This document shows positions 39,501 to 50,137 of a DNA stretch of 64,000 nucleotides, in pieces. A model generated the notes under the pieces. It was not told the DNA's origin, ran no database searches, and saw only the letters and a program-made list of their open reading frames with translations. The stretch's first letter is position 1. Every line of letters starts with the position of its first letter. The translations under genes were made by a program, and so were the position numbers. The DNA comes from Podarcis bocagei (Eukaryota): the NCBI GenBank assembly GCA_964188305.1, contig OZ076890.1; one strand, given 5' to 3'.

Positions 39501-42500
39501 GACTTCACTCTTTGCTTTCTTATATTTCTTAGCAGCCAGCAACCCCAACACGCACAATAGCAGCGACCCCTATTCAGCCACTTCCACAGAGCCAGTCAAC
39601 ACCAAAGCGAATTGATACCCCCAGCTTGGAAGAGCCCAGTGATCTTGAGGAGCTTGAGCAATTTGCCAAGACTTTCAAACAAAGACGGATCAAACTTGGA
39701 TTCACTCAGGTAAAATGGAAGATTTAAGATCCCTTCACAATGGGTAAAATACCAGTGTTCAGATCTGGAAGGACAGGGTCTATATCACTTTTCCTAATTT
39801 ATCCTGACTTCTTATGTGGGCTTTTATTAGTGTCTGTGGAGGATTTGTGAATTTCCAAGTGAAATGCATTTTAATTAATGTCAAACAAACATAAGCCACC
39901 TTATACCGAGCCATACCATTGGTCCTTAAGTTCAGTATTGTCTGCATTGGCTACTAGCAGTTCTCCAAGATTACAGAAACGAGAACTCCCCTGTTCTACC
40001 TGGAGGTAGAAGGGATTTTGCATGCAAATCATGGTTGTACCATTGAACTACAGAGCTGCCACTTTGGATGGGTTCTGTACAGAAACCACTTTAGTTATCC
40101 AAATGGATTAGCTTTGCAAGGAGATCAAGGTGAGTTTGCCGCTACGAATTCTCCTGGACCTTTTGGAAGCTTTTGGTGCCATCATCCACAGCATCCTTTT
40201 GGACTGCCTGGCAGGGATGAGAGTGAATGGCACAGTTGTTTTATTACTACCTGGTGGGTCAGGTTCAGAAAGTGGTTCTGCAAGACTATGGCTCCACACC
40301 ATAGCATGTATTCTGTGGGGTTCCATAGGCTTCTAATTTGTCCCTCTGGCTACCACCGCATCACAGGTAGACAAACTGCTCCTCGTGCCTCTTAAAGCTG
40401 CCCCATTCCTCCATCCCATCAAAGTTCTTTCCTCTACTTCCCCCATTTTTTCCTTACTCACCTCCCCACGCCCACCCTTGGAGCAGAAATCTGAGAAGAA
40501 ATTGGTGGGCTGCTGCCTTGTGTGCATTGTACTGAAAAGAATACCTCTATACTTATTTGAGAACACCTCCATCAAATCTAGTGAGGTTTGATTCTAAATA
40601 GGGCTGAAGATCAGAGTTTCAGATGTGGTGAGTCCATGGCCTTCACTTTGTACGCAGAAGTAAATATCAGTGGTATAAAATTCTTTTTACAAGCTTAAGC
40701 TGGTGCACATGCTGTGATCCTCCTGGGCAAAGATAGCCTGACCACTTTTCTCTATGAGAAAAGTTATAACCAAAATGACCCATTGCAACACACTTTATGG
40801 GAGATGATATCTCATCAGTTCTAAAAGAGCTCTGTTGGTTCCTTATACATTTCTAAGCTTAGTGCTGAGCGTTGTAGCTATAAAGGGCTTTACAGGCTTT
40901 CTTAAGGACTGCCTACTCCTGTACAAACCTGTCCATTTCTGAGCTTACCTGGAGATGTCTTTCTTAAGGTTCCCCCACCTTTTGAGAAAAGCATGGTAGT
41001 AATTGAAGATTGGACTTTCCTTGTATTGACATAATATTTTGGGCTTATGAGATTTTTAAAGTGGTCTTGTGGGTCCATACATACAGAAAAGCAATGCTAG
41101 GAAAGGATCATCATCATTTTCCCAATAAAATCTGTTTGAGCAGACTTTAATGAGAATCAATTTATTTATGTTAAGCATATATGGATGATCCATGCTTCTG
41201 TAGCTTTTTCAGATGTATGCACTTCAAACTCCACTGAATGTATATCCTATGTGACAACCTAATCAATCTTTCCTTAACTGAGATGGGCAAAAATTCAATT
41301 GTGGATGGAAATTCATCTCCCCCCGCCCCCAAGTCAAAGGGGCACCTTGTACTTCTCTGTTTTGCAGCAAAACATTGTACCACTAGGATGACAAACAGCA
41401 TAGTATTTACTTAACAATTATATTGCACAAGCTATATACATAATTAGTTTTTAATGATAGTGATTGCTTAATTATGTGAGAGGATAGTAATTAGAAAACT
41501 GAAGTAATAAATGTTTAATTTATCAAAGTATGTGTGTGAGAGAGAATTATTTGCTGGTGGTACAGTAAGTTATTTTCAGATGCTTATAGATTTATTGTTC
41601 TGTCTTTCAGAAATAATTACTCGGTGCAGGTTTATATAGAAGACTAATAAACTAATTGCCTATTGCAGTTCAATTCTCAAGTTAAAAAAAAATCAAAAGA
41701 AGACTTTACAATTTAAAATAAATATCTAAAGTAGGAGATGAAGTAGTATGGTCATTAGACTCCTCATTGTATCCAAAGGTGGTGGATGTCCTACATAAAC
41801 AAAAATAATTCAGTTTGTTATCCCAGTTGTTTCCCAGCTGTTGTCAATTTGATCTGTCATGAGTTGTACATGAATTAAATGAGTTTATGTACTTGACCCT
41901 GATACTTTTTATGTGACTATATGCAGAGGCACTCATTCATTGAGCTGAGATCCCTTAACATTGGAAGAAAGTGCTTAACTTCACTTAACTGTTGGACTTG
42001 AAGGCCGTGGAAACTGATTTAGCCCTCTGTGTTGAGGCAGAATCCCTTAAACAGTTAAACCCCAGATCCCGAACACCTCCATTTCAGAACGTTTACGTTC
42101 TCAGACGTTTTTCAGAAGCCGAACGTCCGACATGGCTTCCACTGGGTGCAGGAAGTTCCTGCAACCGATTGGAAGCCGTGCCTAGGTTGTCAAACATTTC
42201 GGAAGCCAAATGGGCTTCCAGAATGGATTACATTCGACAACTGAGGTTTGACTGTACATAACACTTCACCAGGCCTCCTCACCAAACAGGGTGTGGGTCA
42301 GATACTTTGACCAAGCGCTAACTTTAAAACTTAGAAACAGTTCATTGCTAATCAAGTAATTGGCCTTTGAAGATGCAGAATTTGGTGCATTTGGTGACCT
42401 GTAGATAACATCTGTATTCCTTCTTGAGCAACACTTTTGCAAGATGGTCTATCTTATACCAATTTTAAAGCATGTGTTGGACATAAATTCGTCAAAAGGA

Positions 42501-45500
42501 CAGTTTAATTCAGTGGGAAGCTAGCATACGTCTATCAACAAGACGGAAGAAATCTGATTGTGTCTCCGTTGTATTTGTCAATAGCTTTGTAATGAGATTT
42601 ATTTTATTACATCTGTCCTATAGAAGTATATGTTGTTGAGCAACTTGTTTTATTCCCATCTTCTTTTCTTTCAACCATGCAGGGTGATGTTGGGCTCGCT
42701 ATGGGTAAACTCTATGGAAATGACTTCAGTCAAACTACTATCTCTCGCTTTGAAGCCTTGAACCTCAGCTTTAAGAACATGTGCAAGTTAAAACCACTTC
42801 TGGAAAAGTGGCTCAATGATGCAGGTGAGAATTTCCTTTAAAAATTCCTGAAATACCGCAGAACAACTCTGAATTTCGTAAAGATTTTTATTCCAATGCT
42901 CTTTGTGGTGGGGTTCAATTTTGTTATACTTACAACAGATATTTTCATTCTGTTCAGTCTGTTATGCAAGTGGAATAGATTGAAGAAGCATAAATAGTTA
43001 CTTACTTGAGCGGTCTTTCTGAAGCGTTTGTACGGCACTGGCTCTGATGTGAAAATAATTGCACATATGCAGTGTTTTTCAACCACATAATCATAAGCTT
43101 ACTCTGGCACTTTTTATTCTTAAGACCAAAAAAATGCTCAAAAATACATGAGCAAAACTATTGGCTGGTGCATATAAAAAGTTAGCGGCTAACCCTAAAT
43201 GTGGCCATGTGCAATTAGGTTTGATCAAACCTTTTCTCCTTCAGATCTTGAGAACTGACTTTCCATCTAAGCTGTATAGTATAGCTTTTTAAATAGCAAG
43301 TACTGTTAGTTTCAGTATTTCTGCTACATAGGACCCATAGGCTTAGATACTAGATGTCCCTTCCACAAATTGAAGGGCTCAGTCTGTTTGCAGAATGGCT
43401 TTCGATCCAATGGTAGTGATGCAATTCATCCTGTAGCCTGCCACACACCACCTCCCGCTCTGTTCTGGAGGGTGCCTCAACTTTCTTGAGCAGATTTGGA
43501 GGAGGGGAGGAACAGGGGGCTGCTGGGAGGAGGGATAATTGGTGAAACTTGATGGGAAGGTCCCATGAATGGATTTCTGCTCAAGGGAACTTGAGATCCA
43601 AGCCATAGAATTTTTGGATATTTGTTTGTTTGTATGCTACCTTTCAGGACTATACAGTGGTTCACATTATAAAGGAAATTAAATTACAATATGAAATACA
43701 CTATGTACAATAACTGCATGAAATACACAACGTACAAAACCAATAACCCGACATCGCATACAGCAAATGAATAAGGTCAGCAGAGGCAGCCTACAAACCC
43801 CTTAACTAAAGGCCTGGGATACATTTTTAACTGGTGCTAGAAACTAATTAAGGTGGGTGTCAGTCGGGTCTGTAAGGGAAGGGCATGCCACAATCATGGT
43901 ACCCTTATTGAGAACACCCTTAGTTATGGGAGTGTAGTCTGGCATCCTAGGTTGAGGTTGAGGGGCCATTACATGAGTTAATGTGTAGTTGTTTAACTGT
44001 GAGTGGTACCTTTTAAAAATATATTATTAGCATGCTTTAGTGACCTTGACTTGTGTTGACTGTTTTCAGAAAACCTCTCATCAGATTCAGCTCTCTCCAG
44101 CCCAAGTGCCCTGAATTCCCCAGGGCTGGGGATTGAGGGCTTGAACCGCAGGAGGAAGAAACGCACCAGCATAGAGACCAACATACGTGTGGCCTTAGAG
44201 AAGAGTTTCCTGGAGGTTAGTCGATCTGTTGCACTGTGTGCTACTCTAACGGCTGCTGAGTAGTTTCAGCATAGCATGAAATGATAAAATGGCATAAGAA
44301 CAATTAAATAACATTATAAAATACTATATTACCTGACACACTATGACTATATGAATCACTTCACCTTCTGTCCTTCCCATGTAAGAAGTAGAAGAGGAAC
44401 TGGTGCATCTTCCCTGCTATGAGAGAGATATTTCAGATGTATCTGCAACAATTATAGGTAGCTGCTGGCTTTCATTGTTGCAGCTTCCCTGTAAAATGGG
44501 AATTCACCCTGTGTCCAAACTATAACTGAGCTCTTCTCTTCAAATTACTACTCTTTCAGAACCAAAAGCCTACCTCGGAAGAGATCACCATGATAGCTGA
44601 CCAGCTGAACATGGAGAAAGAGGTGATCCGCGTTTGGTTCTGTAACCGGCGCCAGAAGGAGAAAAGGATTAACCCACCGAGTAGTGGTGGAACCAGCAGC
44701 TCGCCCATCAAAGCAATTTTCCCTTGCCCAACTTCATTGGTAAGAATTAACTTGAGTTATACCAGACTGGAAGAAATTAAAATCACTCCTATCCTCTTGG
44801 TAATGAGGTTAACATAATGCAGATTTCAAAATCTTAAGTTTTTATCTTCAGTGGTCACTGCTGTGTTCAGTACACCACCTATTGCTTCTACTTTGGTCCA
44901 TATTGAAGAAGACATCCTCCAGAGGGCTTTGAGTACTAAGCAAGACATGAATTGTTGCTGGATTGAGCTGAATGATTCACATGGGTGTTTGCGTTATACA
45001 TAGCTTAATGATTTTCTCACTACAAGTAGCACTGTAGCATAGTTCTAAGCTTCAATGAATAAAATTCCAAAGCTATATGATAGTATGTGTTTGCTAGCTT
45101 CTGTATTTATAGGTAAGTAGTAAACATTTAAATCTGATTTCTTTTCCTTTCTAAGAAAGCTTAGCTGTTTTGTTCTGACCTCTAGGTGGCAACCACACCA
45201 AGCCTTGTGACAAGCAGTGCAGCTACAACCCTGACTGTCAACCCTGTGCTCCCTCTAACCAGCGCGGCAGTAACTAGTTTGGCAGTCACAGGTAAGAGAA
45301 TATTCAGACTTCCTCAGCGCAGAAGTACTTGCTGTTACAAAGACTGAAATTTAGTGACCTATTATGTCAGAGAATCCCTAGAATCATTTGTATCCAGGGT
45401 TGTTTGTTAAGCAACAAGTTTTAATACACTCAGATCCAAGATAAACAGTGCCTTTTGGGTTCTGTTCACAATACTGTACTAACAGTGTCCATTGAGTTAA

Positions 45501-48122
45501 TCAGTCCTCTTTTCCTTACACTTTGGCGCATTGCCCTTTCATTCCATTGGAATGGTGTCTTTTGTTCTCTGTCTGTCTTGTAGTTTTAGATCTCTTCCAG
45601 GAGTATTAACTATTTTAGTCTGATTGAAACCATCCTTTCAGGCACCACAGAAACCATCCCCAACAACACAGCGACTGTGATTTCTACCGCACCCCCGGCT
45701 TCCTCAGCAGTGACATCACCCTCCCTGAGTCCCTCTCCCTCTGCCTCCGCTTCCACTTCTGAGGCATCGAGTGCCAGTGAGACCAGCACAACACAGACAA
45801 CCTCCACCCCCATGTCCTCAGCAATTGGGACCAGCCAGGTGATGGTAACTGCTTCTGGGTTGCAAACAGCAGCAGCGGCACTCCAAGGAGCTGCACAGTT
45901 GCCTGCAAATGCAAGTCTTGCTGCCATGGCAGCAGCAGCAGGACTAAATCCAGGCTTGATGGCATCCTCACAGTTTGCAGCTGGGTAGGTATCTGCCATT
46001 CATAAAATTTGCTTGCCATTTTAACTATCTAGCCTTCAGGCATCAGATGTCAATACACTGCACATTTAGTACCTTTACTTAAAAATAAGTGCTGTTTGAA
46101 AATAAAGATTGCCTTAATTCTTTCTTTTAATTCAGTAGTTCAGCCCATCAGAGATTATTGGCACTTTTCAGGTATAAAAATGTTTGGATGCAAGTTTTTA
46201 CATTTCTTGCCACTTTTAAGATCGATTTTAAAGAATGCAACCAGTCAATAATAAATCCTAGGTAGAAATGTTGCTGAAAGGATCTGCATCCGTTTTTGTG
46301 ATAAACAACGGGGGAAATTTGAATTTGACTTTTAAATTCTAATTCTGTGTCTAAGACTGCTCACCTGGAAAGTCGCTCTGTCTTCAGTTTGTTTTTGTTT
46401 CCTGTTTTGGGCTTGCAGAGGTGCCTTACTCAGTCTCAATCCAGGGACACTAGGCGGTGCTCTCAGCCCAGCTCTGATGAGTAACAGCACTCTGGCAACT
46501 ATTCAAGGTCAGTGGACTCTCACCAGTCTTCCCATGTCTCTTATGTTTGTGTTTTTCATAGGGTTCTTTCCCCCACAAAGAGAGAGAGAGAGAGAGAGAG
46601 AGGCTACAAATCCTAAACCTCCTTGCTTGGAAATGTCACATTGAAGAGACTTGCTTCTACATAAACATTTACCTTTATATATTCAAATCTCCATCAACCA
46701 CACATGCACACTTCACACTCATGACAATGAAGGGGTGACATATTTTATTCCAAACTCCTTTTGACATTCAGAGATAATAACTAGTCTGAGTAAAATCAGT
46801 ATATGAAAACACCCTTGTGAGGATTTTCACTTAGAAGCCTCCAGGGAAATGATCAACCTTCATACATCAGGATCCTCTCAGACCTTCTTTCAGGAATGAA
46901 TGCAACATAGTTGAAGGCTGTCACTCAAACACTTGTGAGTTCCTGATACATTGGTAAGAAACCTGAAGCATCAACTGCATGAATGCTATTGCCTCTTATC
47001 ACTTTATAGGAGGTGATAGTTCAGAGAGGCTGCCAACACAATTCCAGTGCCATGCTGAGACCAGAAAAACAGACTATTAAATCCTAACCTAGTCCTTGGG
47101 GATAAAATTTCACCCCAGTGCATTTTTTGAAAATCCAGTGCTGTGTAAATTCTGCAACAATGTAGTCCCATCTAAGACATTGTTGCCTGCACAGTCATAA
47201 ACAAACAAGTACATTTTATTCATAGCGATATGTAGCTCTTTTACAAAAGAAAAGTACATATATGTGCAAATGTTCTAGGTGTACAAAAATTCCTTTTATT
47301 AATATATTCATAATCAAGCACCTCATTTGTTTGCATATATTTCCCTCCACCAAACCAAGCTAGCAACTGATCAGGCTTTGCAAGTCAACAAAAAAGCCAG
47401 GCGGCAAACTGATCTACTCTTAATATGAAATGATTCTTCAAAGTGAACAGGTACTCCATGAATTAATTATCAGAGCACAGAAGGTGAATAATACACAATG
47501 GCTTAAGCATTCTTCAGGTGGTTGAAATCTGACTCCATATATCTTTATGCATGAGCCTTTATAATACTTTGATGCAGGGGTTGGGGACGTTTTTCAGCCC
47601 CAGGGCCTCATCCCCTCAAGGAGCCTTGTGAGGCCCACATGCCACTGGCATAAAAGTGGGCATAACAATGGATGTGACTTTTGCCTTTGTGCAGAGTGTG
47701 GAAAGTTCAAAGGTTTCAGTAGGTGCACACACTTAGCCATCGCATCTCTGCAACCAGGCATGTTTGCAGTTGAAGGATGAATTTCAGCTAGGCAAAAGCA
47801 CTCGAAAAGGGTGTGGAGCCGGGCTGGGGAGGGGTGTAGCCTGTGGGGAGGGGCATGGCACAGGGACAGGATGTGGCCAGGGGAGAGAGCCTCAAGGGAC
47901 ACGTAGAAAGGCTCCAAGAACTGCTTTTGGGCCCTGGGCCGTTTGGGCCATGGGTTCTCCATCCCTGCCTTAATGGGTCTTCACGGCACCTGCTTTTTCC
48001 TCTGTGGTGAAAATGGTGTATTTATCTGGATAATAAAATGGTCAGTTCTCAATCCTCAGTCACTCTGAATCCAATCCAGCTTTTCCTCCTGATGTTGAGA
48101 TGGCTTTGTTTACTATTTTTGG

Positions 48123-48165
<43 letters not shown>

Positions 48166-48562
48166 GCATCCGTTGGTAGTCAGAAGAAAAACTTCAGTGC
48201 TGCTGATGTGTGGGGCTGCGAATGCTGACATTTTCTTCTGCCCCTCTCTAGCTCTTGCATCTGGTGGCTCTCTTCCAATAACATCACTGGATGCAACTGG
48301 GAACTTGGTATTTGCCAATGCTGGAGGTACGCCGAACATCGTCACTGCCCCTCTGTTCCTGAACCCTCAGAACCTTTCACTGCTCACCAGCAACCCAGTT
48401 AGCTTGGTCTCTGCAGCTGCAGCCTCCGCAGGGGCCTCTGGACCAGTTGCCAGCCTTCATGCCACCTCCACCTCAGCAGAGTCTATCCAGAACTCTCTCT
48501 TCACCGTGGCCTCGGCCAGCGGGGCTGCCTCCACCACTACTACTGCCTCCAAGGCGCAGTGA
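7994..48562 (+). CDS. POU2F1: POU2F1 / Oct-1, spliced CDS of the 'L' isoform: join(7994..8021,12695..12763,20119..20213,24959..25012,28243..28362,30763..30942,34843..34969,38662..38756,39536..39709,42683..42824,44070..44215,44560..44739,45186..45291,45642..45984,46419..46507,48252..48562), 752 aa
   Basis: 16 exons, all GT-AG, phases join to 2259 nt with no internal stop. Contains POU-specific domain ([75 protein letters not shown]), POU homeodomain ([61 protein letters not shown]) and Oct-1 C-terminus ...TTTTASKAQ*. Confidence 0.97.
9747..9885 (+). mobile_element. Degenerate tRNA-derived SINE with CR1-type tail
   Basis: gatagctca...gttcgagtcccac head, then ttggactagatgaccctcatggtcccttccagctctacaattctatga. 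Confidence 0.7.
12695..12763 (+). CDS. POU2F1: POU2F1 exon 2 ([24 protein letters not shown])
   Basis: tgcag|ACTCAAGAATG...GACACAG|gtaag. Confidence 0.95.
14546..15010. mobile_element. Tc1/mariner MITE with internal tandem hairpin units
   Basis: TA|CAGTGGTGCC...GGCACCACTG|TA; a homologous inverted copy lies at 33127..33457. Confidence 0.9.
15752..16114. mobile_element. Degenerate hAT-like MITE
   Basis: CAGGG...CCCTG ends; internal similarity to 47575..47967 and ~20735..21050. Confidence 0.55.
16883..17015. mobile_element. Short non-autonomous DNA transposon remnant
   Basis: cagggcttttttt...gaaataacactg imperfect terminal inverted repeats. Confidence 0.5.
18610..19420 (+). mobile_element. 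Degenerate L2 LINE reverse transcriptase fragment
   Basis: [29 protein letters not shown] motifs with frameshifts. Confidence 0.85.
20119..20213 (+). CDS. POU2F1: POU2F1 exon 3 ([31 protein letters not shown])
   Basis: ccccag|GCACACAG...CATCAG|gtaaat. Confidence 0.95.
21076..21308. mobile_element. Tc1/mariner (Tigger-like) MITE, same family as 5225..5465, opposite orientation
   Basis: TA|CAGTGGTACCTC...GAGGTACTACTG|TA. Confidence 0.85.
22771..22812. repeat. (GT)21 microsatellite
   Basis: Direct reading. Confidence 0.95.
22875..23278 (+). mobile_element. CR1 LINE 3' fragment
   Basis: End of ORF2 (tatgaggaac..ttgagggagttgggtatgtttagcctgg..aagaggagactgag) and gattctat tail. Confidence 0.85.
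24959..25012 (+). CDS. POU2F1: POU2F1 exon 4 ([18 protein letters not shown])
   Basis: tttatag|GTTCAG...GTACAG|gtaagt. Confidence 0.95.
25180..25337 (+). mobile_element. CR1 LINE 3' end
   Basis: ggagtctccttctttggaggtctttaagcagaggcttgac...ccaactctatgattctatgattcta. Confidence 0.9.
25463..26706 (-). mobile_element. L2 LINE, 5'-truncated, with RT fragment (ORF 25902..26600) and (TTA)n tail
   Basis: [27 protein letters not shown] and QYADDTQ RT motifs; (TAA)n at 25463..25515; internal deletion near 25780. Confidence 0.93.
27938..28192 (+). mobile_element. Squam3-type tRNA SINE with (CTT)n tail
   Basis: GAGAGCCAGTGTGGTGTAGTGGTTAAGAGC head, gggttcg B box, CORE-like gggtgaccttgggccagtcac, ctcttcttcttctt tail. 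Confidence 0.85.
28243..28362 (+). CDS. POU2F1: POU2F1 exon 5 ([15 protein letters not shown]...GGQITG)
   Basis: ttcctag|TCTAAA...ACTGGG|gtaaga. Confidence 0.95.
29038..29315. mobile_element. hAT MITE
   Basis: CAGGGGT...ACCCCTG TIRs; perfect 8-bp TSD TCTTGCTC (29030..29037 / 29316..29323). Confidence 0.92.
30763..30942 (+). CDS. POU2F1: POU2F1 exon 6 ([18 protein letters not shown]...PIQIAQ)
   Basis: ttcctag|CTCACG...GCACAG|gtgagc; overlaps ORF 30793..30987. Confidence 0.95.
31480..32640 (+). mobile_element. Heavily deleted L2 LINE (endonuclease region through to 3' end)
   Basis: [18 protein letters not shown] and LHWLP motifs; 3' aaacaattgaagacattcttgtttcaacaagctttt. Confidence 0.75.
32661..32722 (+). 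mobile_element. 5'-truncated Sauria SINE tail inserted in the L2 3' region
   Basis: Matches 2122..2190; 13-bp TSD TATATTGTTTTTA (32646..32658 / 32723..32735). Confidence 0.85.
32962..33080 (+). mobile_element. Old MIR/CORE-like SINE remnant
   Basis: gagagccagtgtagt...ctgggagacctgagttcag...taatctaccttatagggttg. Confidence 0.55.
33127..33457. mobile_element. Tc1/mariner MITE (family of 14546..15010) flanked by (TA)n tracts
   Basis: TA|CAGTGGTGCC...GGCACCACTG|TA; (TA)n at ~33084..33102 and 33458..33504. Confidence 0.9.
34843..34969 (+). CDS. POU2F1: POU2F1 exon 7 ([43 protein letters not shown])
   Basis: ttcaag|GATTTG...CAGCAGG|gtgagc. Confidence 0.95.
35373..38170 (-). mobile_element. Degenerate CR1 LINE covering most of ORF2
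   Basis: 3' tail aacataagaa at left; ADD-type RT remnant (tcgtcagcaaa, ~36350); endonuclease start YLYDNARR...[18 protein letters not shown] at 37970..38164. Confidence 0.85.
38662..38756 (+). CDS. POU2F1: POU2F1 exon 8 ([31 protein letters not shown])
   Basis: tttcag|GTCTCCTG...TCTCAG|gtcagt. Confidence 0.95.
39536..39709 (+). CDS. POU2F1: POU2F1 exon 9 (PATPTR...start of POU-specific domain...LGFTQ); tandem acceptor allows a start at 39533
   Basis: ttag|cag|CCAGCA...ACTCAG|gtaaaa. Confidence 0.95.
40075..40330 (+). mobile_element. L2 reverse transcriptase remnant
   Basis: [21 protein letters not shown] motif. Confidence 0.6.
42052..42254. mobile_element. Tc1/mariner MITE (third family)
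   Basis: CAGTTAAACC...GGTTTGACTG|TA. Confidence 0.75.
42683..42824 (+). CDS. POU2F1: POU2F1 exon 10 (POU-specific domain GDVGLAMG...WLNDA)
   Basis: atgcag|GGTGAT...GATGCAG|gtgaga. Confidence 0.97.
44070..44215 (+). CDS. POU2F1: POU2F1 exon 11 (linker and homeodomain start, [34 protein letters not shown]...KSFLE)
   Basis: tttcag|AAAACC...CTGGAG|gttagt. Confidence 0.97.
44560..44739 (+). CDS. POU2F1: POU2F1 exon 12 (homeodomain, NQKPTSEE...[11 protein letters not shown]...PTSL)
   Basis: tttcag|AACCAA...TCATTG|gtaaga. Confidence 0.97.
45186..45291 (+). CDS. POU2F1: POU2F1 exon 13 ([36 protein letters not shown])
   Basis: ctctag|GTGGCA...GTCACAG|gtaaga. Confidence 0.95.
45642..45984 (+). CDS. 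POU2F1: POU2F1 exon 14 (Ser/Thr/Ala-rich, ...SQFAAG)
   Basis: tttcag|GCACCACAG...GCTGG|gtaggt; overlaps ORF 45677..45988. Confidence 0.93.
46419..46507 (+). CDS. POU2F1: POU2F1 exon 15 ([29 protein letters not shown])
   Basis: ttgcag|AGGTGCC...ATTCAAG|gtcagt. Confidence 0.95.
47575..47967. mobile_element. hAT MITE
   Basis: CAGGGG...TCCCTG; imperfect 8-bp TSD CTTTGATG / CCTTAATG. Confidence 0.75.
48126..48163. repeat. (GT)19 microsatellite in the last intron
   Basis: Direct reading. Confidence 0.95.
48252..48562 (+). CDS. POU2F1: POU2F1 last coding exon 16 ([17 protein letters not shown]...TTTTASKAQ*)
   Basis: ctctag|CTCTTGCA...CAGTGA; overlaps ORF 48173..48562. Confidence 0.96.
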
Positions 48563-48760
48563 GTTGGACTGAGCTGTGCTTACCCATAGCCTATTTTACT
48601 CTGCAGTGAGATGGGCTGCCAGCTGGGTTTACAAACTGCAAAATGTGATTGGTTTCCTCTCACCGTGTTGCTGGGGACAAGGGAGAGAAGGAAAAATACA
48701 AAAGGAAAAAAAACCAAGAAGAAGGATTTAAAACTGGGACAAACATTTGCCTAATTTTAT

Positions 48761-48766
48761 AATAAA
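48761..48766 (+). terminator. POU2F1: Candidate proximal poly(A) signal AATAAA
   Basis: ttttatAATAAAcactgtcttttc, ~200 nt after the stop codon. Confidence 0.45.
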
Positions 48767-48993
48767 CACTGTCTTTTCAGGATTGCTTCATTGACTGGAG
48801 AACTTTCTAACCAAAAATGTATAAAACAAAAAAGGACTACTTATCATTTCCAGCAGTATCAATGACAAGTTAAGGTGGGTTATCAACTCAAACGTAGGAA
48901 TGGGATTTCTTCTTTCTTTTTGATCTAAATATCTTTTTTTAATTATCATTTATTGGTCTGTTGTACAGGCCATAATGTCATACAAGGTGTTTA

Positions 48994-49130
48994 NNNNNNN
49001 NNNNNNNNNNNNNNNNNNNNNNNNNNNNNNNNNNNNNNNNNNNNNNNNNNNNNNNNNNNNNNNNNNNNNNNNNNNNNNNNNNNNNNNNNNNNNNNNNNNN
49101 NNNNNNNNNNNNNNNNNNNNNNNNNNNNNN
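48994..49130. other. Assembly gap (137 N)
   Basis: Run of n. Confidence 1.
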
Positions 49131-50099
49131 CTGCTCCTGGAACAGTTTCAGTGAGCTCCCATGCCACACAGAGGGAGGAGCAAAGAGAGGGAAGCATGTG
49201 AATTGCGAATGTTCTTTAGTTTCCTTTTCCCTGGCGGTATGTTTTTCGGGATTCTCTCAGAAGTGTTGGCGGCTAAGTGAACATACAGAGGGTAATGTGC
49301 AAAGATAGTCCATGCTTGTGAGATGGGCGCTCTGATTGGACAGCTGTTTGCTCAGCACACTTGGGCCAAATCTAGCTCTCATTTGCACGTCTTTGGCTCC
49401 TGTTGATGCCAAGGGAGGAAGGATTTGGCCCATAGGTTCTGTCTTCAGCATCTGTGCTGGCCACTGCCTTGTCTCATAATTGCATGGAAATGGCCACTTT
49501 ACAACTGGGAATATTTCTGTTATTTACTTTCTCAGGAGGCTGCCTGTATTGGTGATAATTCATATGCATTCGGTGAACCTTCCTACCAGCTGTTTGGCAT
49601 AGGATTTCTGAACGCTGCATTGGTTCATCTCTAAGAACTTACTTTTTCCAGTGTCTCCAATATGATTGTACTGAAAATGTTTTCAACTTAAAACATTTCT
49701 ATTCCAGAAGTAAACTAGGTCATGTGAACAAGTACTGTTTTATGCCAACACAGCAGAGCGTGCTCCATTCTAAATAGTTTGTAATGTTCTTTGACACTGT
49801 TCACTGCTCTGGAAAAAGTTGGTAAGGAATTCTCAGAAAGCTGACCAGCGTGCCGTGGAGAGTGTTGTCTTTCTGGTGAACACTGGCATGTTGCATGCGT
49901 CTTGCAATATTTCATGCTATTTCTGGGTGATGCTGCTGCTGCTAGATAGATCATTTATGGCAGTAATAAACACCTCTACTAGAGAGGGGGAAATGTTTCC
50001 AAGCAACGTAACAAGTGGTATGCGCAAACAGCTGCTGACAAATGAATGAGAGAGAGACTGAGGAGACAAAGATGAATTTAAATGTTATGCTGGTCTGAA

Positions 50100-50137
<38 letters not shown>

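Noticed and set aside
45610-46019. Antisense ORFs of 129 and 111 aa
   Set aside because: Shadows of the low-complexity exon 14.
48953-49201. ORFs spanning the N run
   Set aside because: Artefacts of the assembly gap.
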